Assembly: GCF_004010195.1 (NCBI RefSeq)
Contig: NC_057719.1
Location: 76,112,284-76,132,283 of the forward strand
DNA: 20,000 nucleotides
From: Chiloscyllium plagiosum
Lineage: Eukaryota
Direction of reading: 5' to 3'
The translations under genes were made by a program, and so were the position numbers. Positions 19,908 through 20,000 of this stretch are shown here, piece by piece (positions within the stretch are counted from its first letter, which is position 1; every line of letters begins with the position of its first letter). The notes beneath the pieces are model-generated. The model saw only the letters and a list, made by a program, of their open reading frames with translations, was not told the DNA's origin and made no database searches.

Positions 19908-20000
19908 AGATCTGAAAATGTGTTGCTGGAAAAGCGCAGCAGGTCAGGCAGCATCCAGGGAACAGGAGAATCGACGTTTCGGGCATAAGCCCTTCTTCAG
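19908..20000 (-). mobile_element. Penelope-like pLTR end, family A, with intact hammerhead core; runs off the window
   Basis: Minus strand CTGAAGA-A-GGGC-TTAT-GCCC-GAAA-CGTC-GATTCTCCTGTTCC..GCTGCCTGACCTGCTGCGCTTTTCCAGCA. Confidence 0.9.

Overview
Repeat-rich vertebrate genomic DNA, almost certainly from an elasmobranch (shark-type HE1 SINEs, HER1/CR1 LINEs, a Deu-domain SINE), with a 492-N gap at 5541-6032. No intact host gene can be supported, and nearly all track ORFs are repeat-derived or spurious. The window is a stack of nested mobile elements. It holds at least seven Penelope-like (PLE) pieces from three families, most carrying a minimal type I hammerhead ribozyme motif. Three of these are short fold-back insertions with target-site duplications and a 36-39 nt unpaired 3' tail. 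Also present are a decayed two-gene PIF/Harbinger transposon (DDE transposase plus convergent, spliced Myb/SANT gene), Gypsy integrase fossils, six HE1 SINEs, several CR1 fragments, and a 5S rRNA-derived segment abutting a tRNA-derived SINE body. Family names come from remembered consensus motifs, not database searches.
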